This document shows positions 31,267-44,200 of a stretch of DNA of 64,000 bases, piece after piece; the stretch's first letter is position 1, and every line of letters begins with the position of its first letter. Position numbers and translations under genes: made by a program. This DNA is from the human T2T-CHM13v2.0 reference genome, Homo sapiens: assembly GCF_009914755.1 (NCBI RefSeq), contig NC_060942.1; one strand, 5' to 3'. Below the pieces are notes generated by a model. The model was not told where the DNA came from. It saw only the letters and a program-made list of their open reading frames with translations, and searched no databases.

Positions 31267-32623
31267 ATATATTTATGAGAAGAGTTTTAATTTAGAGGGT
31301 AAAAGTGAAACTGCCAGAAAGAAAACACAGACATGGGCACAAATAAACACAGACTGGTTGCAGAGAAAGAGGTATCTGTGTTTCTCCAATTGGGAATGAA
31401 CAAAACTAATATGCAAACACAAAGATGCAAAAGATGGAAAGCTTTTGTGAGATGTGCTGTGACTTACAACGTCTGTGTTTCATCAAGTTAGGATGCAACA
31501 GAAAGGATCCAATAGAAAGATATTTTCAGTTATTGAAAGACTCAGTACACTCCTATCAACTTCTTAAAATAATGACAGGAGCAAACAACACTCACGGATA
31601 TAGGGAAAATGCAAATATAGTTATCGATGTACACGTAGGCATAACTATAGATAAAGATATGTACAACAGCTACCTGGGAGATGAAAAGCTTAATGCTAGG
31701 CAGTAGTTTTTTGAAAAAGCTGATACCGTAAAAGACAAAGAATAGAAAATAAGAATTTCATTTTTTATCAAAATTTACCAAATTAAAAGACATTAAAACA
31801 TTTTTGTTAAAAGGCAAAGGTTTTTAGCATCAAATAACAATATCCAGATATTTGTATGTTTATGAAGAAACATTCCTGAAATAAAATGCTACAGAAGGTA
31901 AACACGAAACATACCTTAGTAATGTTAAGATGTTATTAGAAGAAACTGGGTTTGGGGTATGTGGCAACTCTCTGTACACTCCTTGCAATTTTTCTGTATA
32001 TCTAAAACTGTTCTAAAATTAAAAGTTTATTAATAAAACGCAATTCTACCTGACATACTGCTTTGCAACTTGCTGTTGTTTTGAATAAAAATGCGCTGCG
32101 GAATGTTTTCCACGTTAACACATTGATTTATTTCCTTATTTGTAATACTTACAGAGTAATTCATTTTGTGATAGAGCAAGATTTATTAAACAAGCCTTTT
32201 TTGAATTTTATAGAATCTGAAACAATGCTGTGATAAAATATCTTGCACAAGCTGTTTTCTGCTCTGGTAGTTTGGAAGGATATTCATCAAAATGTCAGCA
32301 GTCGTTATGATGGAAAAGTGAATGTATTCTTCGTTTTTATGTGTGTAATTTTATGTAGTTTCTCAGGTTTTGCTTTTAAAATGTATTATTTCTATAATCG
32401 GAAGCACTATGATCTATGTTTTTCTTAGTCCTATATAAATATGACTTATTTTGTTTATGAAGTGAAATATATTAATAAAATAATTTTTATTAATATATTT
32501 CAGGGGAAAGGTTTTAATTTTGAGGGTAAAAATGGAACTGCCAGAAAGAAAACAGAGACACACACAGACATAGGCACACATAAACACAGACTGCTTGCAA
32601 AGAAAGAGGCATCAGTCTTTCTC
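31267..32623 (+). repeat. Diverged ~120-bp direct repeat pair (31267-31386 and 32493-32623)
   Basis: Both contain ttttaattt.gagggtaaaa...aactgccagaaagaaaaca...taaacacagactg.ttgca.agaaagagg. Confidence 0.9.
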
Positions 32624-32853
32624 ATTGCATTTGATGTGATGTGCAATGAATCTTATGTAGGACTAAAGTATTTAGGCCTTGCAATGTGCAATGTTTTGTA
32701 GGACATTGCACATTGCAAGGATAGTACAAAGGGTTCCCATATATCCCAAACCCAGTTTCTTCTTCTAATAACATCTTACATTACTAAGATATGTTTTATG
32801 TTTTCTTTCTGTGGCATTTTGTTTGAGGAATGCTTCTTGGTAAACATTTTATC
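31847..32853. repeat. Diverged ~140-bp inverted repeat pair (31847-31989 and 32712-32853), partly an L1MC-type 3' end
   Basis: cttagtaatgttaagatgttattagaagaaactgggtttggg...ccttgcaat reappears reverse-complemented, including the upstream aagaaacattcctgaaataaaatgc segment. Confidence 0.88.
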
Positions 32854-33808
32854 TTAAAGGTAAAATAGGCAAGTACTTTGGTCCCATATAACATTGCACA
32901 TCGCATCAAATGTATTTGTTACAATGATTGGAAGATGATCTAAACTTGGGAATCACTACTGGTTTTCTGCTTTAGCTTTGCGTTTCCATGTAGTGCAAGC
33001 TGGCAAATAATAAACAACTGGGAGGAGGAGCCAAATAACATATTTCAAAGGGTCAATTTAATACATATTTTATGGAAGTTTTCTTTCAATTGCTAAAAAT
33101 CCTTGATTAAATTTGATGACATCTTAAGTCACTTATATAAAACATTTATAAAATCCTTCAAGCTGATCATAAAGATCAAATTTAATCACATCAATAGCAG
33201 CACATTCAGCTATTTAAATATCCTATATGTAATGTGTAGCTTTAAATACTGTTATTAAGTTGGAATAAATATGAAATAACTTAGTATTCTATAAAAAATT
33301 CGGAGTGAGTAAAATAAATTTAATGAAATCACATCGAAATAATTAAAAATACTAATAAAATGCTGGGAAATAAGTAAATGAAAATGCTGGTTCTTGAAAA
33401 TGTCCTTGCATTGCACAATCCTTTGGTGAGGACAATTAAGACAAAAAGATAGTGAATACAAATTCAAGCACTAAACAAAGAATATTACCAAACTATGGAG
33501 CATCTCTCATGGTTAATGAATACTAATGAGAATATCTTGGTAAATTTGATAAGTTTTAAAGATAGCTTAAATTACCAAAATAGGCTGAAAAAGTAAAAAG
33601 TGATTTGAGTGGAAGTTCTATGTTTCAAATTTGAGCAGGCTGCCTGTAAAAAGCTGGGCTTAGAGAGTCTAATATGTGGCTTTTCACAGGTTTCATCTGC
33701 TCTGTACTACATAGCAGGCATTTTAGATTGTAAAAGTGGAATACTTGCCTTTTTTCTTTCTTTGCCATTAAAGTAACATAGCACTAATTTCCAAGATGAA
33801 AAAGACAT

Positions 33809-34554
33809 TGTTATGCATTGAGTTGTTTCTCCAAAAACAGATGTTGAAGTTCTAGTCCCCAGTACCTCAGAATGCAATTTATTTGGATATAAAGTAATTG
33901 CAGATAAAATTAATTAAATTAAGAGAATGTCATACTGCAGTAGGTTAGTGCCTTAGTCCAATGTAACGTGTGTCTTTAGAATAAAAGGAAAATGTTGGGA
34001 GGCCAAGGTGAGTGGATCACTTGAGGTCAGGAGTTCGAGACCAGCCTGGCCAACATGGTGAGACCCCGTCTCTAGTAAAAATACAAAAAATTAGCCTGGC
34101 ATGATGGCGGGTACCTGTAATCCCAGCTACTTGGGAGGTTGAGACAGGAGGATCGCTCGAACCCGGGAGGCGGAAGTTTCAGTGAGCCGAGATCGCACCA
34201 CTGCACTCTAGCCTGGGCACACAGCAAGACTCCATCTCAAAAAAAAAAAAAAAAAAAAAAAGAAGAAGAATAAAAGGAAAAGGAAAATGATGTGAAGACA
34301 GATACACGGGGGAATGTCTTGTGAAGATGGTGGAAGATATTGGAGTTATGTAGCCACAAACCAAGGAATGCCAAAGATTGCTGATGATGCTGGAGGCTAA
34401 GAGAAAGGCATCCCCCACAGCCTTGAGAGACCACGGTCCTGCAACACCTCAGTTTCAAACTTCCAGCCTTCAGAACTGTGCGACAATGAACTTCTGTTGT
34501 TTTAAGACACTCAGTTAGTGGTACTTTGTTATGGTGTTCCAGGAAACTAATACT
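33809..34554 (+). mobile_element. MLT1 (MLT1C-like) MaLR LTR interrupted by an Alu
   Basis: tgttatg...gttgaagttctagtccccagtacctcagaatg...ttccagccttcagaactgtg...ggaaactaatac. Confidence 0.8.
33995..34266 (+). mobile_element. 5'-truncated AluS SINE
   Basis: Alu starting at ttgggaggcc, poly(A), TSD agaataaaaggaaaa. Confidence 0.93.
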
Positions 34555-34887
34555 GACATCATTAAGAAGAAAATTTTGAACCAATTTTGTGTATCAATAT
34601 AATTCCAAAAATAAAACTGATAAATCTATCAGTGTATTAAAAGGATAATAACATATACAAGTATTGTGCCCACAGAAATATAAATTTAATATTAGTAAAT
34701 GTATTCGTATAATTTTTCACAGCCATGGATCAGGGAAAAATGTCTGCTTCATTCACTAAAGCTGAGAAGGGCTAAGCCTCAGAGTCTGCTGTCAACATCC
34801 TCAGTGCCACCGTCTTGCAGGCATGGGGTCAGGGAGCAATCCAACAGTTGTTCCCATAGTTCCCAACTCCTTATAGATGTCCACCTG

Positions 34888-35580
34888 CAAGGCTTGGCAT
34901 TCTGAGAAGACTGAAGATTCAGCAAAAGTACAAGAAATTACTATGGAGGGAAAAAGAGGGTCTAAATCTCACAGGAATCCCAAATCACAGATTAATAATA
35001 CTTAGAACATCTGAAATAGTAGCTGAAAAGGAAAGACTCAGGAAGCAACTTAGAAAAATTGTCCAGCCTTTGCTAGAGAACAATGCAGTATTACCTAATG
35101 TTGGTCAGAAGAACACTTCACCATTGAGCAGCTTCAGCCAGAAGAGCAATGTAGCAAAATGGGTAAACTCCATTACCATTCAAAAAACAAAAAATGAAAG
35201 AAACATCAAGTCGCAAAGCACGAGCAGAATGTGAATAAGTAGAAGCTAAGCATGCTGCTAAGAAACAAGAACGTGAGAGGATAAAATGAAAGAGAAAAGC
35301 TCAAAGGCTCCTAAGCAAAGAAAATGCAAGTGTTCCAAATATTGAGCAAAAAGACAAGAAAGGGCCAACCAAACTTGAACTTATACATGGAGTATCTTCT
35401 TCATAAAATACATAAAAATAAATCAGAAATTTTGCTCTTAAAGGATTAAAATATCTGCTCTCTATTGAATTATTTTGTATAAGTAATGTGCCTCCTAACA
35501 ATTAACTAAACTTGTCAACATAAACTATATTGCTTAGCTATATTAAATATAAAATGTCCAAATATTTTTGCTTTTGTGAA
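34888..35580 (+). pseudogene. CCDC59: Processed pseudogene of CCDC59 (TAP26/BR22); CDS-like to ~35420
   Basis: Frameshifted translation QGLAF*..LKIQQKYKKLLWREK / AEKERLRKQLRKIVQPLLE / EQCSI..QPEEQCSK / VNSITI / RKARAECE*VEAKHAAKKQERER / [21 protein letters not shown], matching recalled CCDC59 QGFAFRRKLKIQQSYKKLL...QPEEQCIKTVNSFTI...KKTKKGQPNLNVQMEYLLQKI; no introns. Confidence 0.88.
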
Positions 35581-35586
35581 AGAAAA

Positions 35587-35890
35587 TTTTTTCTTTTTAT
35601 TACAGAGTCTCACACTGTTGCACAGGCTAGACTGCAGTGGCATGATCATAGCTCACTGCATCCTCGAGCTCTGAGACTCAAGGGGGATCCTCCTACCCTA
35701 GCCTCCTGAGTACTTAGGACTACAGGCTGGTGCCACCATACCAGCTGGCTATTTTTTAAATTTTATTTTTTTGTAGAGACAGGGTCTCACTTTGTTGCTC
35801 AGACTGGTCTCTAACTCCTGGCCTCAAGCAATTTTTCCACCTTGGAGTCCCCAAGTTTTGGGATTACAGGCGTGAGCCCAGCACCCAGCC
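35587..35890 (-). mobile_element. AluJ SINE
   Basis: AluJ-type gatcatagctcactgca and ctcctggcctcaagcaat; TSD agaaaatttt. Confidence 0.92.
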
Positions 35891-37023
35891 AGAAAATTTT
35901 CTACATAGGCTTTATATAATATGATTTTTCTGTTATTTATTTGCTTAAGGAAGCCTTGCCTGAAGAACTAAAAGAACCTTCTTCTAGTTGAGAGACAAGC
36001 TCAAGTACATAACACTTTTGTATTATAGAAAATTCAAATGAAATGAAATGTTTTGAAAATCAGGTTGCAGAGCTTTCAATAAAGAATTTTAATGAATTTT
36101 TTTCAGTACAGTAATCAGCTGTTATGCTTTTAAAATTCATTTTAATGACAGGGAAGGCAAAGACTCCCATGTTAGTTTATTTATTTTGAATTAGGTATAT
36201 GTTGCAGGGAAATATGGACTTTCCAGAAACCTGAGAGCAGAATACCTAGATGCTGAAACTCCCTTCAGCTCCTCATATAATGATGTAGTGGTGTTCATAT
36301 AGCAGGGTTTGGCAGAGTCAGATTGGAAGTTCACAGCTTGTTAGCCTAAGCACATGGCTTGTTAGTGTTGAAATATATGAGTTAACAAAAATATATTGTG
36401 TAGAATTTACATAGGATGGCCTGTGCTCATGTGGGTATATGTGGGTGTGTATATGAACTGAGAGTAAACAAAGTAACACTGAGAGAAATAAAATAAGTCA
36501 TAAAAATGAGAGACTTCTCTAAAACATTTAATTTGTAATTACAAAACAATTCGATGTTTTACATGTGCATGCACCCTGGATCAGTAATAGATCAGAGACA
36601 GTAAAAAGGACAAAATATGTAATTTGCGCCTCTCCCTCCTCCCCACTTTTTTTTTTTTTCTGCAGAGAGGTCTTATTATATCTGATTCCTGATTCCACAC
36701 ATGCTCACATGAAAAGTGCGGTCAAGTAATGAGGCTACATGGCAATCTGGTTTAACACTTAACACTTAACGCCCAATGCTTGTTTGGGTTTAGACTCTGC
36801 ACTACGTACCTTACAAATATCATTGGTTTAATCTTCACAATAACCCATTTTAAAGATGTAAAAGCTGAAAGCACAGCGTTGTCGTCCACAAAGTTATCCA
36901 ATTAGAGAGTGTTTTTTTTTTTAATACAAAGCGCTCACAAATTTTGAAAGAAATAGTAATAAAAAATTACCTTTTTAAAGTATCTGTAGGAAGATGTATC
37001 TAGCACAGAAATATTTTGGGGTG

Positions 37024-37720
37024 TGTGTGCCAGTTCTCAATTTGTTGACTTTCAGCTCCAGAAATACCTTCATACCCTTTCTCTGTAAAAAAGGACAGAC
37101 ATACTTTTAGTGTTTCTCCTTTACAGTGAGAACAATATTAAGCTTTCTTAGGAGAAGGCGCTGGAGGAAATTTGCAGGAGGAAGAAGCTTCTCTTGCTGG
37201 TACCAACAACAGTACACTTGGTCTGCAGTGTGGGTGGGAAGGTGTCTGGAGTGGCTGTGCCCCAGGTTGCGATCCCTTAGTGACCTTGAAGTCCTCATCC
37301 AGACTGGTGGGCATCTTCCTATAACCCTCAACATACATGCTATACCTAATACCCCCACTTTCTCTGGACATGTGTGCATTCAGCCATGAGCTGAGGCTCA
37401 CCCAAACCTTGGAAGCTTACGCTCTGCCTCACCAGCTATTGCAGACCAGCTCAGTCTTGGGCAAAGCAGTGACCCTTGGTGTCTTCCCGTGGGTTGCAAC
37501 TGTACCTTCACAAGGAAGTCTGATCCTTAACAATAGGAAGAGGGACTCTTTTCAAGATGTTTCTTCCTTGGGTATCCTTCCTCAGCCGTTGCATATTATA
37601 TAGAATTCTATTGTATTTCATAATTACTGTTTTATTATAGTGTAATAATTCTTTACATTTAATGTTCTTTGTTTAAATCATTATGTGGTTTCGCTACACT
37701 GATAAAACCCAGACTGATAC
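37024..37720 (+). mobile_element. LTR33/LTR41-like ERVL LTR
   Basis: Begins tgtgtgccagttctcaatttgttgactttcagctcc, contains aaggcgctggagg, ends cccagactgatac. Confidence 0.6.
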
Positions 37721-40285
37721 TTGTGGATGCCTTGTTTTTGATATAACATTCAATGGACTCTCTGATAACCACTGGGCTGCTTCACCTTCACCACAGGCTT
37801 TTAATGTTATATACAAAAGTGACCACAAAGAACACAAATTATTCCAAGTTATGTTTTAGCTTAACTCTTGAGGTTTATTTTCTTCTCTCCCCTGAATTGT
37901 TCAATCAGCTCTAATTCCATACCTTTCCCAGATATTAGGAATCTCAATATCAATTTCCTAATATTTCTAACCCTGTATATTGTGTTCAGGATCCCTGGGG
38001 GAGACACAAAGCTGTCCAGTGAGGGCTCTTGTAGGAGTAGGGCTTCTACTACTTTCTGGCAGGGTGGCATTTCAGTATTTTCATAACCTATTTGAATAGG
38101 TCATAACATTTTAGAATGTTGAATATAAGCCCTGATTATTATCCGTACTGTCCCTGTGGGGAAATACGTGAATTTTGAATAAGCAGCAGGAAAGAAACTA
38201 AGGTTTAAATTTGTTCAGATACACCTCCAATAAGTCGTCAAAGATATACCAGAGAGCCTAATGAGCAGCAAATTAATGAAAATAAAACAACTGTCCAGAT
38301 GAACAAAATCTTTTGTTACTGCCATTTTTAATTACAAGACATTGATATTTTCTAAAATTTAATCTTTATACATTTTCTGAAAAACCAACATGTTTTCCAG
38401 TATAAGATTATTAACTATCTTACAAGAACACAGCAAACCCTGACCTATACAACTATGTCCTTCATTTATTCTTCAGTAATCCATGAACAGCAAGTGCTTA
38501 GCAAATAGAACTCAGGCATCTTAAGAGAAGGGAAAACTATTTTCTTATATAAGCTATAGATGTATTTCTGTTGCCTATTAGAAGAAAACTGGTTCTTAGG
38601 AAAGTCATCGATGATTTGCCACAATTAATTCCAAAATTTCCTTGTTGAAAGCAGGAAAGTAGAAAATAATTGATTGTATTAACAAGAATAAGAATCACAA
38701 TCATCCATTTTTATATCAAATCAAATTATGAAAGTCAGAAAGCTGACTCATAGGAAGAAACTCATCAATGACACACACCTCTCTAGCCAAGGAAAACATC
38801 CATTTCATTTCTTTCAATATTCCTATATTGCCATTTGATGAAACTGAAGATTCTTGTCAGTTAAAAAAAAAAAAAAAAGCAAACATTCGATTTGTGAGGT
38901 TTTCACTATGTACTTCAGTTGAGGTGAGCTAAAGACCACTTTGTTACTAACATAAAGCTAACAATAAATCATTTACCCGGAAATAAGGTGTGCATTTCAA
39001 ATAACATCATCATATACATTGTTTCACAAATCAAGGTTCTTAGTAGTAGATGTAAATGTCAGCAGGCAGCCAGCAATGGGCGTGTTTTCGAAATAGCTGA
39101 TTACTTTTAATGCCCTGCACTGTTAACTCATACACACTATTTCCTGGAATTGTGTAAATGTTATCTATTTATTTGTTGTCTTGTGACTGTGGTTTTGTGA
39201 GGGGTCATCCCATGTTGTTCCCTGAAATTCTTAGAGCTATCAGTCTCACCACATTACAGAGATAAAACATTTCTGTTACTTCTTATCCTACTGCTTTATC
39301 CAAGTGTATTACCAAAGGGTGATGTGCTCCATTTCTGACCGTATCCACTTCTATCAGCCATTAACCACAGGTAAGTGGTTAGATTCTTACAGTAATCCCA
39401 TTTACTCACTTTATAGATTTTTAGGTCCCTGCAAACATCAAAAAGTTTCCTGTATAACAATAATTGTAGGGTCTATAGAGGCAAAGCTTTTTAGTTATTA
39501 ATGACTTCACAGAGTCATCAGTTTCCTTAACTTTTTAGGGTGCTCCTACTTTAAGGGTAAGTAGTTTTGACATTCACAGTGGCTTGATTCACAGACAGAA
39601 TAAATGTCTGACTTCATATGAGTCAGAAACTCTGACCACCCATTTTTATGCATATAACCATTTATTTACCATGACATCACTGCTGGACAAGGACATTGGA
39701 AATATGATCCCCTTTAAGAATGTGGGCATTATAGTGCTTTGCGATAAAGCAAACTGGGGTTTTAATCCAAGCTCTCCCATTTTCTACCCATGTGAGTCTC
39801 ATCTTCTTTGAACCTCATCTTTAAAGTAAAGAAAATGGCACCACTCTTGCAGAGCTCTTTTGAAAGTTAAATCATGTGGCATGTAAAATATATGTTCCTT
39901 GCAGCAGTGACAAGAAATTAGGCCAAGTCTATGGGCATCAGGAACAATGTCTCTGTCTGATCCCTGTAGCAGCTAAAACTTAGTCTGTCACCACAAGCCT
40001 GTCCTACACTGGCTAATAAAAATTACTTAGCATATTATAATATTTACTTAGCATATTATAATAATTCCTGTATAATATAATAATAATTATAATAATTACT
40101 ATAACATTATTAGGAAGAATAGAGATAGGATATTGAGTTCCTAATATGGGCCACACATTGTCCAAGCCCTTTTCTATTAAGTGTGCACTTGGAATGAACT
40201 TCCATGACTTTGCTGTATAGCAGCAGTGTTGATAGCTGATATAATTTACTGTCAAGTGAATCTAAGCTGCTTGTGAAGAAGACCT

Positions 40286-40604
40286 ACAATCATTTCTCAT
40301 ATTCTCAGGGGACTGGTTCCAGGACTTCCCACAGATACCAAGATCCGTGGATGCTCAAGTCCCTTATATTAAAATGGTCTAGTTTTTGCATACAACCTAT
40401 GCACATTCTCTCCTATACTTTAAATAATCTCTAGATTATTTATGGTACCTACTAAAATGTAAATGCTATGTAACTAGTTGTTACACTATATTTTTATTTG
40501 TAGTTTAATTATTTTGTTATTTCTGTTTATTGTTTTTCAAATATTTTCAATTTGCAGTTGGTTGCATCATGGATCCAGAATCTGCAGATACAGAGGCCAA
40601 CTGT
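40286..40604. mobile_element. MER2 (TcMar-Tigger) MITE
   Basis: ggggactggttccaggac...ggatgctcaagtcccttata...gatacagaggccaactgt. Confidence 0.85.
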
Positions 40605-41269
40605 CCTTTTCATTTCCCTATGTTCTTCAGCTTACCTTCACATGGTAGATGCCCAGGAAAGACCCTGAAACTTATGAAAGGTAGCAAGATTTCAAGCTAT
40701 GTTCTCCTCTCCTCTAGAGCACCTTGTAAATACAGAAGACAGGTGTGATGCAAACAGACATGACAATGTCAGGGGTGTTGATAGCCACAGGTAAAGTGAG
40801 AGTGAACCCCAATGACACTACTGTCTCCTCATATTTGGGGAACTTCTTCATTTTCCACTCATCTTTTTTGCCCTTGACTATCACATTTATGTAATAGGCA
40901 TATATTCAAATACAACGAGTATTATGCTGTGTCAGTTAAAGCAGAATGGTTTAATTTGGGATGAGAATAAATCTAAATAACTATACATTTTTCAGTTAGG
41001 CATAGGAAGGTATACAGATGTGCATTTTTTTTCATACTGAAATGTGTCTCCTTGTTTCTAATAAAAAAGAGATAATTCTAAGAAGGTGAAACCCTTTTCA
41101 TTGTATGATTTTTACTGTTATTATTTTTTAAAAATCATGATTTAGTTTTTTAATAGTTTTATATGTGCTTATTAAAAGGTGAAAGAATAAACGTCGATGG
41201 CTCCAGAGAGACTTAGAAGTGAGCTGAAGGGAATCCTCTCCCATTACAAATAATAAAATGTTGAATAAA

Positions 41270-44200
41270 ATGTAAAAACAAATACTTAAAATATATAGCT
41301 GAGTTGTAAAGCAAAAACAAAACAAAACAAAACCAGAAAAACACAAAACTTTGAGTGCTGGAAATGTATAAGAACCTGATCCAGAACAGGAGGCTGGAGC
41401 TAATGATGTAATCCCAGAAAGTGAAAATAAGAGGAAACAGGAATGGAAGCAAACCCTAAAAGTTTGGAGCAAAGGTTCTGACCCCCATAGGGGTCTTTGG
41501 TGACCTAATAAGTGTAGGAACTGAATCCAAGAACTCTAAATAAAGTTGCATAGCTAAGACTTTGAGGTGGTGCCTATTCTGTGAAAATAAAACTAGAAAA
41601 ATACCTTCCAACTAGCCTGGAGAAGCTGAAAAGAGAGTTTGCATTCTGCCTGAGGTACAGGCTCACACTGAGGACAGGGGTGCCTTTAAAATAGAAAATT
41701 TCAAAAAATGGGGCACGTATAAGTGGCTTTGAAATTCGTATCATGTTCGCGGTATAGGAAATCAAACTGAAAGAAGAAACATGAAAAATTGATCCCTTCT
41801 GAAAGCTATGAGGTCTGGTAGTAGAAACAAACAGAAAACTGTGCTATAAGACATACTCCTCAAATTCAGGACACATGAGATTCTCATCTGGAAAAAAAAT
41901 TTCACAAAATATGAGGTCAACATGGAAAAATAAGAACATGGCAAAATGAATCACCATGAAAGTGTGTAGAAGATGCACAAACATGAAGAATTTGCGATTC
42001 ATGTGCTAGAGAATAAAATCTTAAATAGACTATAATTCAGAATCTTAAGAATATTAATAGCTTAAAAATACCATAAAATAAAATATAGGTCCACTTAAGA
42101 AAGAACCTTAGTATTTCCTCAGCATTCTTAGATTGTGACAGAGAACGTTTTGCTAAACATAGCCTCATAATTCAAAATTATAAAATAATCCAGCAAGCAT
42201 GAGTCAGCAGAAACTAAAAATACTACAATTTGAACTCTTAAGAACTTTAGATAATGTAAGTTCTTATGGATTATAAAAGACATTTTATGTTTTTAAATGT
42301 AATAGAAGGTAGAACATAAAACATGAGAAGACAACAAAATACAATTAAAAAGAAGACCAATGCAATGACCAGATTAAATGTTTGATTTGTGTCACCCAAA
42401 AGATAGGAGTAAATTTGACATAGCTCAATAAATCAATAAAATGACTAGCTTTCAGCATAAATACTTAAAATAAAAGTGAAACGTATTGGAAGTAAAAGGA
42501 ACACTGAAAACATAAGGAATGCAGAGCTAAAGTAGTGCTTATTGGTAAATTTATAGCTGTAAACATCTACATTAAAAAGAAGAAGGCTTAAAATCAATAA
42601 CCAAACCTTTCGCCATTAGCTAGAAAAATAAGAGCAAATTAAAACTGAAGCTAAGAGAAGGAAGACAATACTATTGACTAGAAGAGACATAAGTGAAATC
42701 TAGATTAAGACACAATAGGGAAAGTAAATAAACCAACAACTCAACAACATTGATAGATCTTAGGTAGCCTGACAAAGAAAAACAAAAAGATGCTTAAATT
42801 ACTAAAATCAGGAATAAAATGAATATCACAACAGAACTTACATATAAAAAAAATTTATATTAGTTGAGTGTGGTGACATACTCCTGTAGTCCCAACTACT
42901 TGGGAGCCTGGGAGGCTGAGGTGGTAGGATTACTTGAGTCCAGGAGATGGAGGGAGCAGTGAGCTATAGTCATGCAACTACACTCCAGCCTGGGTGAGTT
43001 AGACTGTTTCAAATTTTTTAAAAAATTGGAAAAAAAAATAACATAAACAATTGTATACCAACAAATCTAATAAAATAGGCAAAATGAACGAATGCCTAGA
43101 AGGACGTAAGCTACCAAAACTGATCTCCTCCCAGATATTAAATTTAAACAGATCTATAGCATATATAGACATTTAATTGGTTATCAGAAATATAAAAATT
43201 CATGCTGGATTTTTTTTTTCAGAAGTTGGCAGATTCTAAAATCCACATGGAAAAACAAAGGATCCAGAAGAACAAACAAAAAACACTGATAAAGAAGAAC
43301 AAAACTGGAAGTCTTATACATCCTGCTTTTCAACTTCACTGCAAAGCTACAGTAATGAAGGCAGCCTGCTACTGGCATAAGAAGAGACACATAGATCAAT
43401 GAAGTAAAATTGACAGCTCAGAAATGAACCCTTACATGTATAGTTAATTGATTTTCAACAAGAATGCTTAGACTATTAAATGAAGTAAAATGGTCTTTTC
43501 TTCAACAAATAATGCCAGGACAACTGAATATTCATGCTAAAGAATCAAGTTGGATCCTTATCTCTCACTGTTACCAAAATCAACTCAAAATGAATAATAA
43601 ACCCATGTGTAGGAACTGATACTCTTGGAATAAAACTTTGAAGTAATGTTTGTGATTTTGAGTTAGTTTTCTTAGATATGACACTAAAATCAGGATATAA
43701 ATTGTACTTCATCAAAACTTAAAACTTTTATGCTTCAAAGAACACCAGCAAGAAAGTCAAAAGGTAACTCACAGAATGTCAGAAAATATGTGCAAATGAC
43801 ATATCTAATAAGGGACTGAAATCCAAAATGCATAAAGAACTATCACAACTCAGTTACAAAAAGACAACCCAATTTTTAAAATGAGCAAAAGATTTGAATG
43901 ATCATTTCTTCAAGGAGATATACAATTCAACAATAAGTACTGAAAAGTTGCTCAAGTCAATTAGTCATTAGGTAGATGCAAATCTATGCCACAAACAGCG
44001 CTTTCTACTTGCTAGGATGACTACAATGAAAAGACAGTAACAAGTCTTGGCAAAGATGTGGAGAAATTGGATCAGCACATTGCTGACGGGATTGTAAAAC
44101 AGGGCCATGACTTTGGAAAACAGTTTAACAATTCCTCCAAATATTAAACATGTAGTTATCTTTATAACCCAGCAATTCCACTACAATATGTATATGCCCA

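Noticed and set aside
31425-31706. 93-aa Cys-containing ORF next to the TES fossil
   Set aside because: Opposite strand to the TES copy and no recognisable similarity to the TES PET or Cys-rich region; likely chance or old L1-derived
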